Positions 50,445 to 60,999 are shown, counted from the first letter of the stretch. The stretch: 64,000 nt of DNA from Candidatus Bathyarchaeota archaeon (GCA_005888735.1 VBBN01000035.1:11671-75670); one strand, 5' to 3'. The notes: generated by a model not told the origin, from the letters alone. Numbers and translations are program-made.

Positions 50445-50621
50445 TTGGGAGAAAGGGAGAAGAGGCGTCGAAAAGAAGCACCAATGCCAGCCGCTAGTGC
50501 TGGACTCTTGCGGTTTTTCGAAGAGGACACTCCGGGAGTCAAGCTCAGTCCCCAACTGGTCGTCATATCGGGTATCCTTCTTGTGACCTTCGCCCTGATG
50601 GCCTACTTCCTTCTTCCCTAG
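50445..50621 (+). CDS. secG: Protein translocase subunit Sec61beta (archaeal SecG)
   Basis: 58 aa: KRRRKEAPMPAASAGLLRFFEEDTPGVKLSP followed by one TM helix. Below the ORF-track cut-off. Confidence 0.9.
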   Translation: MGEREKRRRKEAPMPAASAGLLRFFEEDTPGVKLSPQLVVISGILLVTFALMAYFLLP

Positions 50622-50751
50622 AAGTTCTTCGAACTCCGCGGGTTCTGTGCTGGTTACATGATGCTTTAGAGAACTCGCACTCCGAGCACTTACTGAGGAC
50701 CTAAGGTAGCAGTGTGGGGGGCTACCTTGGATTCCAGCGAGACAATGGACT

Positions 50752-52311
50752 TTGGGAATACTATCTCGAAAAACAAAAACACTGATTCTCGTTCTGGTCG
50801 CATCATTGTTCCTTGCGGTTGGCCTCGTTCCAGTCCACGCAGCCACTCAGTACGCACTGTCTTTGAACCCCGGGCGAACTCAGGAGCAAAGCTCGCCGGG
50901 TGTGACTGTAACCCTTACTGTTACGGGCGCTAGTAGCGGGCAGCCTTATTCTTTCCTACTTCTGGTCACTGACCCCTCAGGCGCAAAGAGCAACGCAACA
51001 CGTAGCACAATCGCCCCTGGGTCCGCATTTTCCTTTCAGCTGAACTACCCATCAGACTTCTCGCGTGGGTCCATCAAATATGTAGGGCAGTACAACGTTA
51101 ATGTTGCCCAAACTACACCCTCAGTCAGTGCAAGTGTTGCCTCCGGACACCTTGACGTCGGGCTAACAGACAAATCTACGTATGAGAGAACTTATCCAGT
51201 CTCGATAAAGGCAGATGCGTATTCTTCGAACGAAACGGTGAGGATTGACATTACACATGCTTCATTATCAGCGCCCGACTTTCCGGCCTTCGTCAACGCA
51301 GACCCATCTGGCAATGTTTTCTTCTCCTGGCTAACGACCCCGGATCTTCCAATAGGAAACTACAATGTAACTATAACTGGGGGTTCCACTGTAAAGGCGG
51401 TCCGTGACTCTCAAAGCTTCCTGCTCGACCTGACGGGCGTTACGATCCGCGGGATCAATGTCGCGCAGAGTTCGCTTATGCGAAGCCAGACTGCTCGGTT
51501 CAGTTTCTCCGCCGACTATCTTGGAGGCGGACCCGTGCAGAGCGGATTCGCGACTCTACTCGTGACTCAACCGGATTTCACGATTCAGCAAGTCCCTGCA
51601 ACGTACAACGCGACGAGCGCCCGGTTCGAGGCCGGCTATCGGATACCTCTGGTGAGCATGAACGGATCCTGGACTGCCTTGGTGAAAGCAAACAGCCTGC
51701 AGGATTCGTACGGGAATAGCGGGCCCGACAGTAGTCCTTCTGCGGATTTCATCGTCACACCGGCGTCTCTAAGTGTCGATTTGAACTTCACCAGGGGTGA
51801 TATTGTGATCGGCAACGTTGTAGCTATTTACTCGAACATCACGACTCCAGACGGAAGCAGTTTCGCGGCGGGAACAGTATCAGCCTTCGTCTCCCCTCCT
51901 GGACGCCCCATTGGAAACCAGGTTAACCTTCTCTATGACAGCAGCCAACGAAAATGGGTCGGCAGTTACACTGTGTCCACTAACGACCCATCCGGGGTCT
52001 GGCTAGTCAAGGTATCAGCTTCTGACCCCTATGGTAATTCGGGTTCGGGTTCCACATCGTCAATCGTAACCGTTGTTGCTCCAGTCAGTCAAGGGTCGAC
52101 TCTTACACTTTGGTTCTTGACAGCTTTCGGGGCTATCGCAGCCGGCCTCTTGGTCGGGCTCTTCTTGTTGAGAAGGAAACGGACTTTTCAGCACCACCTG
52201 CAGGTTGACCTTCAAGCAGTCAGCGAGGAGGCTAGCAAGGTCAAGAATCAAGAGTTCTTCCAGTCTATCAAGGAACAGATAGAAAAGCAGAGAGAGGGCA
52301 AAGGTTCCTAG
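50752..52311 (+). CDS. Secreted, C-terminally anchored Ig-like repeat surface protein (paralog B)
   Basis: Collinear with 4569-6143 (P.RT.E, VTDPSG, YPSDF, VGLTD..Y.RT, D.YGN.G, TM, tail). Confidence 0.85.
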   Translation: MGILSRKTKTLILVLVASLFLAVGLVPVHAATQYALSLNPGRTQEQSSPGVTVTLTVTGASSGQPYSFLLLVTDPSGAKSNATRSTIAPGSAFSFQLNYPSDFSRGSIKYVGQYNVNVAQTTPSVSASVASGHLDVGLTDKSTYERTYPVSIKADAYSSNETVRIDITHASLSAPDFPAFVNADPSGNVFFSWLTTPDLPIGNYNVTITGGSTVKAVRDSQSFLLDLTGVTIRGINVAQSSLMRSQTARFSFSADYLGGGPVQSGFATLLVTQPDFTIQQVPATYNATSARFEAGYRIPLVSMNGSWTALVKANSLQDSYGNSGPDSSPSADFIVTPASLSVDLNFTRGDIVIGNVVAIYSNITTPDGSSFAAGTVSAFVSPPGRPIGNQVNLLYDSSQRKWVGSYTVSTNDPSGVWLVKVSASDPYGNSGSGSTSSIVTVVAPVSQGSTLTLWFLTAFGAIAAGLLVGLFLLRRKRTFQHHLQVDLQAVSEEASKVKNQEFFQSIKEQIEKQREGKGS

Positions 52312-52312
52312 T

Positions 52313-53077
52313 TTGGTTAGGACCATTACGGTTCACTCTTTCAAGGGAGGAACCGGTAAGAGCACAATCACAGCCAATCTTGCCACAGCACTCGCCGCGA
52401 GGGGGAGACGAGTAGGCGTGATGGATATGGACCTGGAAGGTCCTGGGCTTCATGTTATTTTCAACATAACACCTGAAGAGGTGAAGCATACTCTAAATGA
52501 TGTACTGCTTGACGCCGTTAGTCCTGACGAAGCAGTCATACCTATGAACGGTCGACTGGGGTTGGAGGCCGGCTCTCTCTACTTCAGTCCCGCCAGCGTG
52601 AGAGTGGGTGAAATGCTCAGAACTCTCAGAACCGGTTTCGAGCTGGAATCGTTCTCCCGAGCCATAGCCAAGCTTGGAACGAGCTTCAAACTCGATTACG
52701 TCATGATTGACACACATCCAGGAATCGAGAACGATACGCTTCTGGTGATGGGAGTGTGCGACCACTTGGTTATCGTGTCTAGAATTGACCAGCAGGACAT
52801 TTTCGGAACCGGGGTCGTGGTGGACATCGCACGGACCCTCGAAAAGCCGGCGCACCTTGTCGTTAACATGGTCCCCAAAGGCCTGAAGGCTTCCGACGCA
52901 TCAAAGCTGGTGAAAGGGATCGGGCACCACTTCAAGGTTGACGTGGCCGGATGGCTGCCGTTTTCAGATGCGGTCCAAAGCTCCTTGAGCAAATCGGTCT
53001 TCATCCTAACCAACCCCAGAGACGCAGTGGCGTCTAGGTTTCAAGACCTTGCAAAACAACTAGAGTCCTACAACTAG
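52313..53077 (+). CDS. MinD/ParA family ATPase (paralog B)
   Basis: SFKGGTGKST, DMDLEGPGLH, IDTHPG; TTG 1 nt after the upstream stop. Confidence 0.92.
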   Translation: MVRTITVHSFKGGTGKSTITANLATALAARGRRVGVMDMDLEGPGLHVIFNITPEEVKHTLNDVLLDAVSPDEAVIPMNGRLGLEAGSLYFSPASVRVGEMLRTLRTGFELESFSRAIAKLGTSFKLDYVMIDTHPGIENDTLLVMGVCDHLVIVSRIDQQDIFGTGVVVDIARTLEKPAHLVVNMVPKGLKASDASKLVKGIGHHFKVDVAGWLPFSDAVQSSLSKSVFILTNPRDAVASRFQDLAKQLESYN

Positions 53078-53088
53078 GGAGTGGGTAA

Positions 53089-53661
53089 ATGTCAGGTTCA
53101 CCAGGAAGGTTCTCTACTAACAGCCTGAGACGCCTGATAACTTCCATGAACTCCATCCGGTTCCGCGACGAATCTGGAGAGATTGAGTACTTCGGGCAAA
53201 AGGTCGTCCTGTTGAGACGAGACGTTTTTGGGCTCATACGAGGAGAACTTTCACGGGTAGCCGGACCCGCAGCAAACGTCATCATCAGCCTAGCGGGCCG
53301 AAAAGTCGGAACGGAAGAGGGACAAGCACTCGCACTCAAGGCCGAGGCCCTGGGATTGAACGGGCCACAGGCGTTTCCTGACTTCCTCAAAACAGCGGTT
53401 GAAGAGACTAATATGGGAATAGGAAAGATCAGAGTGTCTGATCTTGACCTTCAAAACGGTAGGGTCGATATCACGGTCGTGAACGGGTTCGAATCGGATC
53501 GTCCAGGCGGCTCGTTGAAACCCACCTGCTTCTTCACACTCGGGTACTTAGAGGGAATATTTTCCAAGCTGACTGGCAAGGAGCTTCGCGGACGTGAAGT
53601 GGCCTGCAACGCAAAAGGTGACACACTCTGCCGGTTCTCCCTAAACATGTCGGCTCAGTAG
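53089..53661 (+). CDS. V4R domain protein
   Basis: MGIG, V.NGFE, CFFTLGYLEG, EVAC.AKGD..CRF. Confidence 0.88.
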   Translation: MSGSPGRFSTNSLRRLITSMNSIRFRDESGEIEYFGQKVVLLRRDVFGLIRGELSRVAGPAANVIISLAGRKVGTEEGQALALKAEALGLNGPQAFPDFLKTAVEETNMGIGKIRVSDLDLQNGRVDITVVNGFESDRPGGSLKPTCFFTLGYLEGIFSKLTGKELRGREVACNAKGDTLCRFSLNMSAQ

Positions 53662-54710
53662 CTCTCCCAGAGAGTTCGCTGCGCGAAACTCGGCACGACC
53701 CGCGCTTCGATTCCCAGCCTGGCTTTGAGCGCGTATCGGAGCTCGTCGGCGAACCCTGTGAAAATGTAGACTTGACGTGGGGCGCATTCTCTAATGAAAC
53801 CTACTAGCTGGTCAAAGTCGGCGTGGCTGCTGAGTGGAAAGGCTGTCGCTCGGCTCTTTGCCGAGAGAGCCCACCCTGTGGCGTAGGCTCTCGAGAATCT
53901 CCGTCCAAGGTGCTTCCGATCATTCGGCGTTGTCACGTAGACGCACGGCATGTTTTCAAGCGTCTCTTTTCCGTCCGTGGAATGGTCTGAGAGCCAGTGG
54001 AGGTTGTTCCCGTTCTTGTGGTAGGTCTTGTTGACGCCGTCGAGGCGTTGGTCCACTACTACGGGGATCCTCGTATAGGAGTTGAAAAGCCGTATGATTT
54101 CCTGTCCTTTGCCGGCAGCGTAGACATGGAGGCATGGAACGATTCCGTGCCGTAAGGTGTCCAAGGCCCATTCGACGATTGTGGCGTAGACGTTCTCGCG
54201 AGGAGGGAACTTGTAGAAGGGCGAACCATATGTTGCTTCAATGATGAGCACGTCGCACTTCTCCGGCTGGGCTGCCTTCGTTGTCAACGTGTCAACGCAG
54301 TTGATGTCTCCTGTGTAGAGAATAGTAATGTTCGGGGTCCTGACTAGGAACTGGGCGCTTCCGAGCATGTGTCCTGCGTTGATGGCTTTGACTTCGGTAT
54401 CATCGAACTTGGCCAGGTGTCCTAGTTCAAGGGCCGTGAAATTGGTGACTTTTTGGTCGTTCAGTGCGCGGTGAATGTCGCGGGTCTCCGTAGTTGATTG
54501 TTTGTGTCCTCGGTGACTGAATCCGCGTGTGTGGTCGGCGTGCGCATGACTGACAAAGGCCCAAGCATTGTGTGGGAGCCGATGGAGCCGGACAGGGTCT
54601 ACTGCGAGCGTGATATCAGGTGTGGCAACGACCAGGCCGTCCAGCCATCCAATTCTATCGTTTAGCGTCCGGCTTTCCCTCGGGAATACTCTCCAGGCGT
54701 TGTATCGCAT
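53655..54710 (-). CDS. Metallo-beta-lactamase fold RNA/DNA nuclease (beta-CASP-like)
   Basis: SHAHADH, AGHMLGS, YTGD, EATYG, SSHADF. Start uncertain. Confidence 0.88.
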   Translation of the reverse strand: MRYNAWRVFPRESRTLNDRIGWLDGLVVATPDITLAVDPVRLHRLPHNAWAFVSHAHADHTRGFSHRGHKQSTTETRDIHRALNDQKVTNFTALELGHLAKFDDTEVKAINAGHMLGSAQFLVRTPNITILYTGDINCVDTLTTKAAQPEKCDVLIIEATYGSPFYKFPPRENVYATIVEWALDTLRHGIVPCLHVYAAGKGQEIIRLFNSYTRIPVVVDQRLDGVNKTYHKNGNNLHWLSDHSTDGKETLENMPCVYVTTPNDRKHLGRRFSRAYATGWALSAKSRATAFPLSSHADFDQLVGFIRECAPRQVYIFTGFADELRYALKARLGIEARVVPSFAQRTLWESY

Positions 54711-54945
54711 CCAAGTGGAGAAACAAGTCTCCCTTCGGCTCAGTATTTACGACCTGTGGAATCGGGCTGACGACTGTCGAGCGGAGAATTACTGCGTCCG
54801 AGTTTTCCAGCCAGATCCCGGGAGGCTGATGGCTGACAACCGCTAGTTTCCCGGTGTATCCAAAGTCGCGCGTGATAACGACGAGAATTTTCTTTCCTAC
54901 TAGCTTCTCGAGCCTGTGAAAAACTGTGGGAGATGTTGCTGACAT
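54655..54945 (-). CDS. Sm/Lsm-like small beta-barrel protein
   Basis: LEKLVGKKILV......Y.G.L...........L.N pattern resembles Sm1. Confidence 0.55.
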   Translation of the reverse strand: MSATSPTVFHRLEKLVGKKILVVITRDFGYTGKLAVVSHQPPGIWLENSDAVILRSTVVSPIPQVVNTEPKGDLFLHLDAIQRLESIPEGKPDAKR

Positions 54946-55149
54946 GGTCGTCTCCTACCCGTTCTGGGATGAGTTCCGGTGGACTGTTCATAATTCCTCA
55001 TTTAAAGAACGGCTCTGGGTTTAGCCGGGAGACCTGTGAATATGACGTATGTTATATGTTCAATTCAATCGTAGACTGAAAGGCCTCAGGTTAGGCAAGG
55101 TTAATCTTCTCCGCCGCCAAGTTGAGCGTGAAACGCAACGGAAGCCACT

Positions 55150-55485
55150 ATGCAAGAAATAGACCAATCACTGGACAATGATGGCGTGAACGGCGATGAT
55201 GGCTATGATGAGGAAATCGGGCCTAACCTTGTCAGGATCGGCAAGAAGCCAATCATGAACTATGTTATCGCGTGCGTAACCCTGTTCAATACAGGCGTCC
55301 CGGAAGTCATGGTGCGGGCAAGAGGTCAGTCTATTACAAAAGCCGTGGAAACCGTTGAAACGCTACGCCGTGCTTTCTTCAAGAACGTAAAGGTCCAATC
55401 AGTAGACATTGGGACAGAAGAGGTCCAGCGGGAAGATGGGTCAAAGATCATGCTGTCCACAATTGAGATAACCCTAGGCAACTAA
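55150..55485 (+). CDS. albA: DNA/RNA-binding protein Alba
   Basis: IGKKPIMNYV, ARGQSITKAVET, STIEI.L. Confidence 0.93.
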   Translation: MQEIDQSLDNDGVNGDDGYDEEIGPNLVRIGKKPIMNYVIACVTLFNTGVPEVMVRARGQSITKAVETVETLRRAFFKNVKVQSVDIGTEEVQREDGSKIMLSTIEITLGN

Positions 55486-55589
55486 CCCCGAGGGGCCAAT
55501 GGACCCTCGGACAGGTAAGGTCCACACTCGAGCATCCGACCGTCTGGCAATCTTATTAGAGGCATGGGCCGGGTCCCCTTTGAACGCGA

Positions 55590-56939
55590 TTGCAGAAGCA
55601 GACGAAATATCCGCATATCGCCGTTACGCCTCCAGGTCCCAAGGCTCGAGAGGTTGTCAAGGAGGACCATGCTCTAATATCTAGGTCACTCGTCCGGTTC
55701 TATCCGTTGGTGGCCGAGTCCGGCCAAGGCAGTATTGTCCGTGATGTTGATGGTAATGAATTTATCGATTTCAACTCCGGCCTAGTGTGCTTGGCAGTGG
55801 GCCATTCCCACCCGAAGGTTGTCAGCGCTATCAAGGCGCAAGCTGACAAGTTCACCCACTATTCGTACACTGACTTTTACTACGAAAAGGTGGTTCAGCT
55901 GTCGGAGCAGCTGGTCAAGATAACACCGGGCAATTTCCAGAAGAAAGTGTTCCTAAGCAACAGCGGAACGGAGGCGATCGAGGCCGCCATGAAGCTGGCC
56001 AAGTGGCATACGAGGAGACACGCGTTTATCTCGTTCATCGGCGCATTTCACGGTAGAACCCTCGGCTCGCTCAGTCTCACCGCGAGCAAGCCGGCCCAGC
56101 GGCGCCATTTCTTCCCGATGGTCCCTGGCGACACGCATGTTCCCTTCGCCTATTGCTACCGTTGTCCGTTCAAGCTCTCCTACCCTGAATGCGGAATGTA
56201 CTGTGTCGATTTCATCCAGGAACAGGTCCTAGACACGTTTCTTCCGCCGGAGGATGTAGCTGCGCTTGTCACCGAGCCTATTCAAGGAGAAGGAGGATAC
56301 GTTGTTCCTCCTGACGATTACTTTCCACGTCTGAAGAAGCTCCTCGACAAGAACGACATTATGCTGATCGACGACGAGGTCCAAGCTGGCATGGGGCGGA
56401 CGGGACGCTGGTTTGGAATCGAGCACTGGGGAATAGAACCCGACATTGTAACCACGTCGAAAGCGCTCGCGTCCGGCCTCCCAATAGGGGCAACAGTCGC
56501 CAAATCCGAGATCATGGACTGGGATGGGGGGTCCCATGCAAACACATTCGGAGGAAACCCGTTATCTTGCGCGGCAGGAATAGAAGTCATCAACGCGATT
56601 CGCGACGAGCACCTACTGGAGAACGCTACCAGAGAGGGCAATCATATGATAAAACGTTTGAAGGAGATGCAAGAAAAGTACCCAATCATTGGCGATGTTC
56701 GGGGAAAGGGCTTGATGATCGGGGCGGAGATTGTCAAGGATCCTAAGACGAAGGAGTTTGGCGAGGAAGAAGCGAAGGAGATCATGATGAAGTCGTTCAG
56801 AAGAGGCCTCGCCCTGATCACATGCGGACACTCCACCCTGCGGATCGCCCCACCACTAATCATTACTCGCGACCTAGTGGACTCTGGCCTGGACATTCTA
56901 GAGGGCGCGGTCAAAGAGGTTTCCCAGTCCGCCAAGTAG
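55590..56939 (+). CDS. Class III PLP aminotransferase (GABA/ornithine-type)
   Basis: NSGTEA, FHGRT, EPIQGEGG, DEVQAGMGRTG, SKAL, TFGGNP, DVRGKG. Confidence 0.95.
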   Translation: MQKQTKYPHIAVTPPGPKAREVVKEDHALISRSLVRFYPLVAESGQGSIVRDVDGNEFIDFNSGLVCLAVGHSHPKVVSAIKAQADKFTHYSYTDFYYEKVVQLSEQLVKITPGNFQKKVFLSNSGTEAIEAAMKLAKWHTRRHAFISFIGAFHGRTLGSLSLTASKPAQRRHFFPMVPGDTHVPFAYCYRCPFKLSYPECGMYCVDFIQEQVLDTFLPPEDVAALVTEPIQGEGGYVVPPDDYFPRLKKLLDKNDIMLIDDEVQAGMGRTGRWFGIEHWGIEPDIVTTSKALASGLPIGATVAKSEIMDWDGGSHANTFGGNPLSCAAGIEVINAIRDEHLLENATREGNHMIKRLKEMQEKYPIIGDVRGKGLMIGAEIVKDPKTKEFGEEEAKEIMMKSFRRGLALITCGHSTLRIAPPLIITRDLVDSGLDILEGAVKEVSQSAK

Positions 56940-57343
56940 CCGTTTGCCCAGTCGCTAGGCGCATTGAAAGTTCGAGAGGAGACAGAGCACTGGAGGGCAC
57001 GGTCGCTCATCTCTATAGGCATCCGCCCCTCTCCCCGGTCATACTGCCTGCTCTTTGAATGCGAGGCTCATCTCATCGAGGAGTCGCAAAGCATCATTTT
57101 CTTGCCCTCGGAATAATGGCACGAGTGGGCTAGCGAGGGTTCACTCGGGACGAAGCACAGCCATTTCCCATCAAACTGTTCAATTTGTGAAACAGAGTTC
57201 CGGTCGAACAACTGGGATGAAGACTCGCCCCGCCATCAGAGCTCGTGGCCGGGTTCAGCCTTACCGCACCCTGGTTTGAACGTCGGCTCCTGCATATGTT
57301 TATCTTGGAAGCCTAAAGAGGCGCTCTCACAAGTCTGGTTGAT

Positions 57344-59002
57344 ATGTCGGAAGTACCTATTCTGATTCTAAAAGAGGGCACTTCCCGTTCAAGGGGAAGA
57401 AACGCTCAGAGAAGCAACATAATGGCCGCTAAGGTCCTTGCAGAAACCGTCCGGTCGACAATCGGTCCACGGGGAATGGACAAGATGCTCGTCGCAGGCA
57501 TGGGGGATATTGTCATTACAAACGATGGTGCAACCATCATGAAGGAGATGGACGTTCAGAATCCAGCAGCAAAGATGCTGGTCGAGGTCGCCAAGACCCA
57601 AGACAGCGAAGTGGGAGACGGGACAACCACCTCAGTCGTCCTTGCAGGCGAACTGCTGGCGGGTGCAGAGTCCCTCCTCGACAGAGACGTTCATCCTAAC
57701 GTCATCATCAGCGGATATCAGGACGCCGCCCAGAAAGCCTTGGAAATCCTCCACAAGATAGCGGTCGATATCAAACCCAGCGACGAAGGACAACTGAAGC
57801 AGATTGCACTTACTTCGCTCAACACCAAGGGAATCTTCGGCTCGCAGAAACACTTCGCGGAACTAGCTGTCGAAGCAATACAACACGTAATGGAAAAGCG
57901 TGGCACTACGATAAAGGCGGACATCGATCTTGTCAAAGTAATGAAAAAAAACGGCCAGAGCCTCGAAGAATCAGAGCTGGTGAATGGAATAATCATCGAC
58001 AAGGAGGTCTCTCACTCGCAAATGCCGAAGAGCGTCACTGACGCCCGAATAGCCCTACTTAACGCCAAACTGGAGATTGAGAAAACGGAGATGGACGCCA
58101 AGATTAACATCAACAAGCCGGAAGAGATGCTCGCGTTCATCCACGAAGAGGAGAACATGCTCAAAGACATGGTGGAGCAAGTAGCCAAAACCGGTGCCAA
58201 CGTACTCTTCACGGAGAAAGGAATTGATGACCAAGCACTTGCGATTCTCGCCAAGAAAGGAATCCTCACGGTGAAAAACGTCAGCAGCAACGACATGGAA
58301 AAACTAGCAAAGGCAACAGGGGGCTCGGTGGTCGGAACCACTAAGGACCTCTCCAAAACAGCCCTGGGCCAGGCAAAGCTTGTCGAAGAAATGAGAATTG
58401 GAGATGACAAGCTGGTCTACGTTCGAGAGGGGAAGAACCCCAAAGCGGTTACGATCATGATTCGCGGCGGCTCCGAACACGTCGTTGACGAAGCTGAACG
58501 GTCACTCCACGATGCACTTTGCGTCGTCAGGAACGCTGTCGAGGACGGAAAGATTCTCGCCGGCGGGGGTGCGCCGGAAGCTGAACTGGCACAACGGTTG
58601 AAGGACTACGCAGTCAAGGTTGGCGGCAGAGAACAACTCGCCGTAACAGCCTTTGCGGAGGCGCTTGAAGCTGTTCCTGTTGCCATAGCCCAAAACGCGG
58701 GCTTCGATCCAATCGATGTCATGGTCGAACTAAGAGCCAAACACAATACGGCGGCTAACCTGTGGTACGGAGTGAACGTGTCGACAGGGAAGGCGTCTGA
58801 CATGTGGAAGATGAACGTGATTGAGCCTCTTCGAGTGAAAACCCAAGTGATCAAATCAGCGATAGAGGCGGTCACAATGCTCCTGAGGGTTGACGACGTC
58901 ATCGCTTCAAAGGCGCCTCCGGCTGGAGGTTCAGGCGGTCCTCCTGGAATGCCACCGGGCATGCCACCGGGCGGCATGGGTGGCATGGGCATGGGAATGT
59001 AA
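57344..59002 (+). CDS. ths: Thermosome (group II chaperonin) subunit
   Basis: GPRGMDKM, ITNDGATI, GDGTTT, GGGAPE, GGM tail. Confidence 0.97.
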   Translation: MSEVPILILKEGTSRSRGRNAQRSNIMAAKVLAETVRSTIGPRGMDKMLVAGMGDIVITNDGATIMKEMDVQNPAAKMLVEVAKTQDSEVGDGTTTSVVLAGELLAGAESLLDRDVHPNVIISGYQDAAQKALEILHKIAVDIKPSDEGQLKQIALTSLNTKGIFGSQKHFAELAVEAIQHVMEKRGTTIKADIDLVKVMKKNGQSLEESELVNGIIIDKEVSHSQMPKSVTDARIALLNAKLEIEKTEMDAKININKPEEMLAFIHEEENMLKDMVEQVAKTGANVLFTEKGIDDQALAILAKKGILTVKNVSSNDMEKLAKATGGSVVGTTKDLSKTALGQAKLVEEMRIGDDKLVYVREGKNPKAVTIMIRGGSEHVVDEAERSLHDALCVVRNAVEDGKILAGGGAPEAELAQRLKDYAVKVGGREQLAVTAFAEALEAVPVAIAQNAGFDPIDVMVELRAKHNTAANLWYGVNVSTGKASDMWKMNVIEPLRVKTQVIKSAIEAVTMLLRVDDVIASKAPPAGGSGGPPGMPPGMPPGGMGGMGMGM

Positions 59003-59167
59003 AAGCTCGCTTCTCACCTAGGACGGCGTAGCGCCAACCGGAGATTTAGACTCCTGATTTGAGCTGAGACGACTAGGCATCTTTTTGAACCCGTGAGACC
59101 AAATTGTTCAAGGAGGGCACAGTTGCAGGTCTTCCTCGTAGTCACGGTGCCAGCCAGAGGCGGTCTC

Positions 59168-59374
59168 TTGATTCCTGTGTACGGCTCCTCCTTAGTTCCA
59201 CAGTTTCCGGATCCAGCATCGTCCAACGATACATGTCCAACTTGTAGAACTCAAGTACTCGCCGACTGGAGGTTCTGCTCGCAGTGTGGAAACCGTCTTC
59301 GCTGCTCAAATTGTGCAACGCCTGTCTCGAAGGATGGCAAATTCTGCCCTGAATGCGGGAACCCTACAAACTAA
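59168..59374 (+). CDS. Double zinc-ribbon protein
   Basis: CPTC..FCSQCG..CSNC..FCPECG. Start uncertain (TTG 59168). Confidence 0.7.
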   Translation: MIPVYGSSLVPQFPDPASSNDTCPTCRTQVLADWRFCSQCGNRLRCSNCATPVSKDGKFCPECGNPTN

Positions 59375-59396
59375 AGCCATGAGAACGAAACTGATT

Positions 59397-59781
59397 CTAG
59401 ATACCTAGAAGGTGGTCGAGGGAGACTCCACTCCCTAAGAGAGCCAATGCCAGCGCCGCCAGGAATAGTGTAACATCTAGTTCGTATCCCCCCGGTACTT
59501 CTTCTTCAACTTCGACCTAGCGAACCACGTCGTGGAAAGCATCCACAACGCACTCAACACCGCGAGAACTGGGGTCAGTAATCCTATCACCAGCCCGAGA
59601 CTACCGAAAAATTCGGTAACTCCCCCAAACAAAATCATACCCGCTGGTATTCCTTGGCTCTTCATCCATTGCTCGCCCATTCCTCGCTGGGAGGTTAGCT
59701 TCGACAACCGTGGGCAATAAAGAGGCAACCGACAGCTAGGCGTAGGATTAGAGAAGCGAGGCCCGTGTAAACACCAAACAA
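59397..59781 (-). pseudogene. DoxX family membrane protein with two -1 frameshifts
   Basis: LILRLAVG.LFIAHG / E..G.LGL..GLLT / GGYELD...LLGSG.SLD lie in three frames, with breaks near 59706 and in the C6 run 59488-59493. Confidence 0.8.
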
Positions 59782-60118
59782 TGACTGAATCGAACCCGCA
59801 CCAATCCCTCTAAGGCTCCTAGAAGGCTCATTTGTTTAGGCCCATTGCCTAGAGCCCAGAAGCGGACGCCGATCAGGCTCCGTGAACAGTCGTTGTGGTT
59901 CCGGAAGCGTCTCTATTGAGGGAGCCTCTATCGCATGCATTTCTATCATGGCACGTGATTACCTCGGTCCATGCTATAAAGTTAGTAGTTAGATACTACT
60001 AAGTAGGTAAATGAGATGTGACCAAGTCAAACCCACTTTATCGACGTGCGCTTTCTAAGGCCCACCCGGTCAATCCTATTAGTTGCAAGCCGGGCAGCAT
60101 AAGACGTGTGGGATTCTC

Positions 60119-60421
60119 TTGAGCGCGTCTGAGAAACCGGAGGGTGTCCGTTGGATGGCAATCTTTGGAATCATCGTTCGAACTGCTTACGTGGTCGGTG
60201 TTCTCTATTATGTTGCGTTCACAGCCTCGGGCTTCGATGTTTTCCAAAAACTCGTCGTACTCATCATCGCTGCCATCATTTACGGAGCCGCTAGCGCGAT
60301 CATCCACGTTGCTTGGCCGGGGAGGCGGCGAAGAGCGTGGAGCTGGCTTTGGAAAAGGTCCAAGCTCGGGAACCATCTGGATTGGACCGGGTTGCCTTTG
60401 CTATCTTCAATCTCAAACTGA
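60119..60421 (+). CDS. Small 2-TM membrane protein
   Basis: Two hydrophobic helices flanking GFDVFQKLVV. Confidence 0.5.
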   Translation: MSASEKPEGVRWMAIFGIIVRTAYVVGVLYYVAFTASGFDVFQKLVVLIIAAIIYGAASAIIHVAWPGRRRRAWSWLWKRSKLGNHLDWTGLPLLSSISN

Positions 60422-60528
60422 ACCTCGCCTTCTATTACGGTGTCCGAAACTCGCATTCGGAGAATGACAGACGACGAGCTTTCAAGACACAGGGGACTGT
60501 CAACGATTTCTTAACTTCGGCGCTGGAA

Positions 60529-60972
60529 TCAGCCTTGGCCCTCAACGGGCCGCTTCGAGTCTAGGATGGCGCAGAGTTCCTCCTCGACAGTTCCGAACTT
60601 TTGAGGAGTTTCGATGAACCGTCCGACCTCTTTCCAGTTCCGGTCATATACAATTATGGTTGGAATCGCCCGTACCCTGAACTCATCAGCCATGTCACGG
60701 TAATTGTCATAGTCGACGACTCTAGCTGCCAGCATGTCGTTCTTCGCCGCCATCAACGACTTTGCAAGCCCTGGAACGTAGGCGACACAATCAGCACACC
60801 AGTCTGCGGAGAACACGATCAAGTAGTGCTTCTGGTCCACCCGTTCCAGCTTGTCAATAGACGCCTGGTTCGGCATGTATTCCTGGAACCGTTTCTTCAT
60901 TCCATGCCGCGACTTTTCCAGCCTAACACCGTTGATGTAGTCGAAAGGGTCCTTGCCAACCCTGTGCGCCAT
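60529..60972 (-). CDS. Thioredoxin family protein
   Basis: WCADC and cis-Pro loop AIPT. Confidence 0.88.
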   Translation of the reverse strand: MAHRVGKDPFDYINGVRLEKSRHGMKKRFQEYMPNQASIDKLERVDQKHYLIVFSADWCADCVAYVPGLAKSLMAAKNDMLAARVVDYDNYRDMADEFRVRAIPTIIVYDRNWKEVGRFIETPQKFGTVEEELCAILDSKRPVEGQG

Positions 60973-60999
60973 CAAGGCTTCTTCAACGCTTCGAGAATT

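Noticed and set aside
50406..50846. 146-aa minus-strand ORF
   Set aside because: Shadow of the plus-strand Sec61beta gene and the start of the next gene.
56940..57340. Possible structured RNA (SRP or RNase P) in the gap before the thermosome gene
   Set aside because: Only short GU-rich hairpins; no SRP or RNase P consensus recognised. An Infernal/Rfam scan would settle it.
58940..58999. Tandem ATGCCACCGGGC and GGCATG repeats
   Set aside because: They encode the normal PPGM/GGM chaperonin tail.
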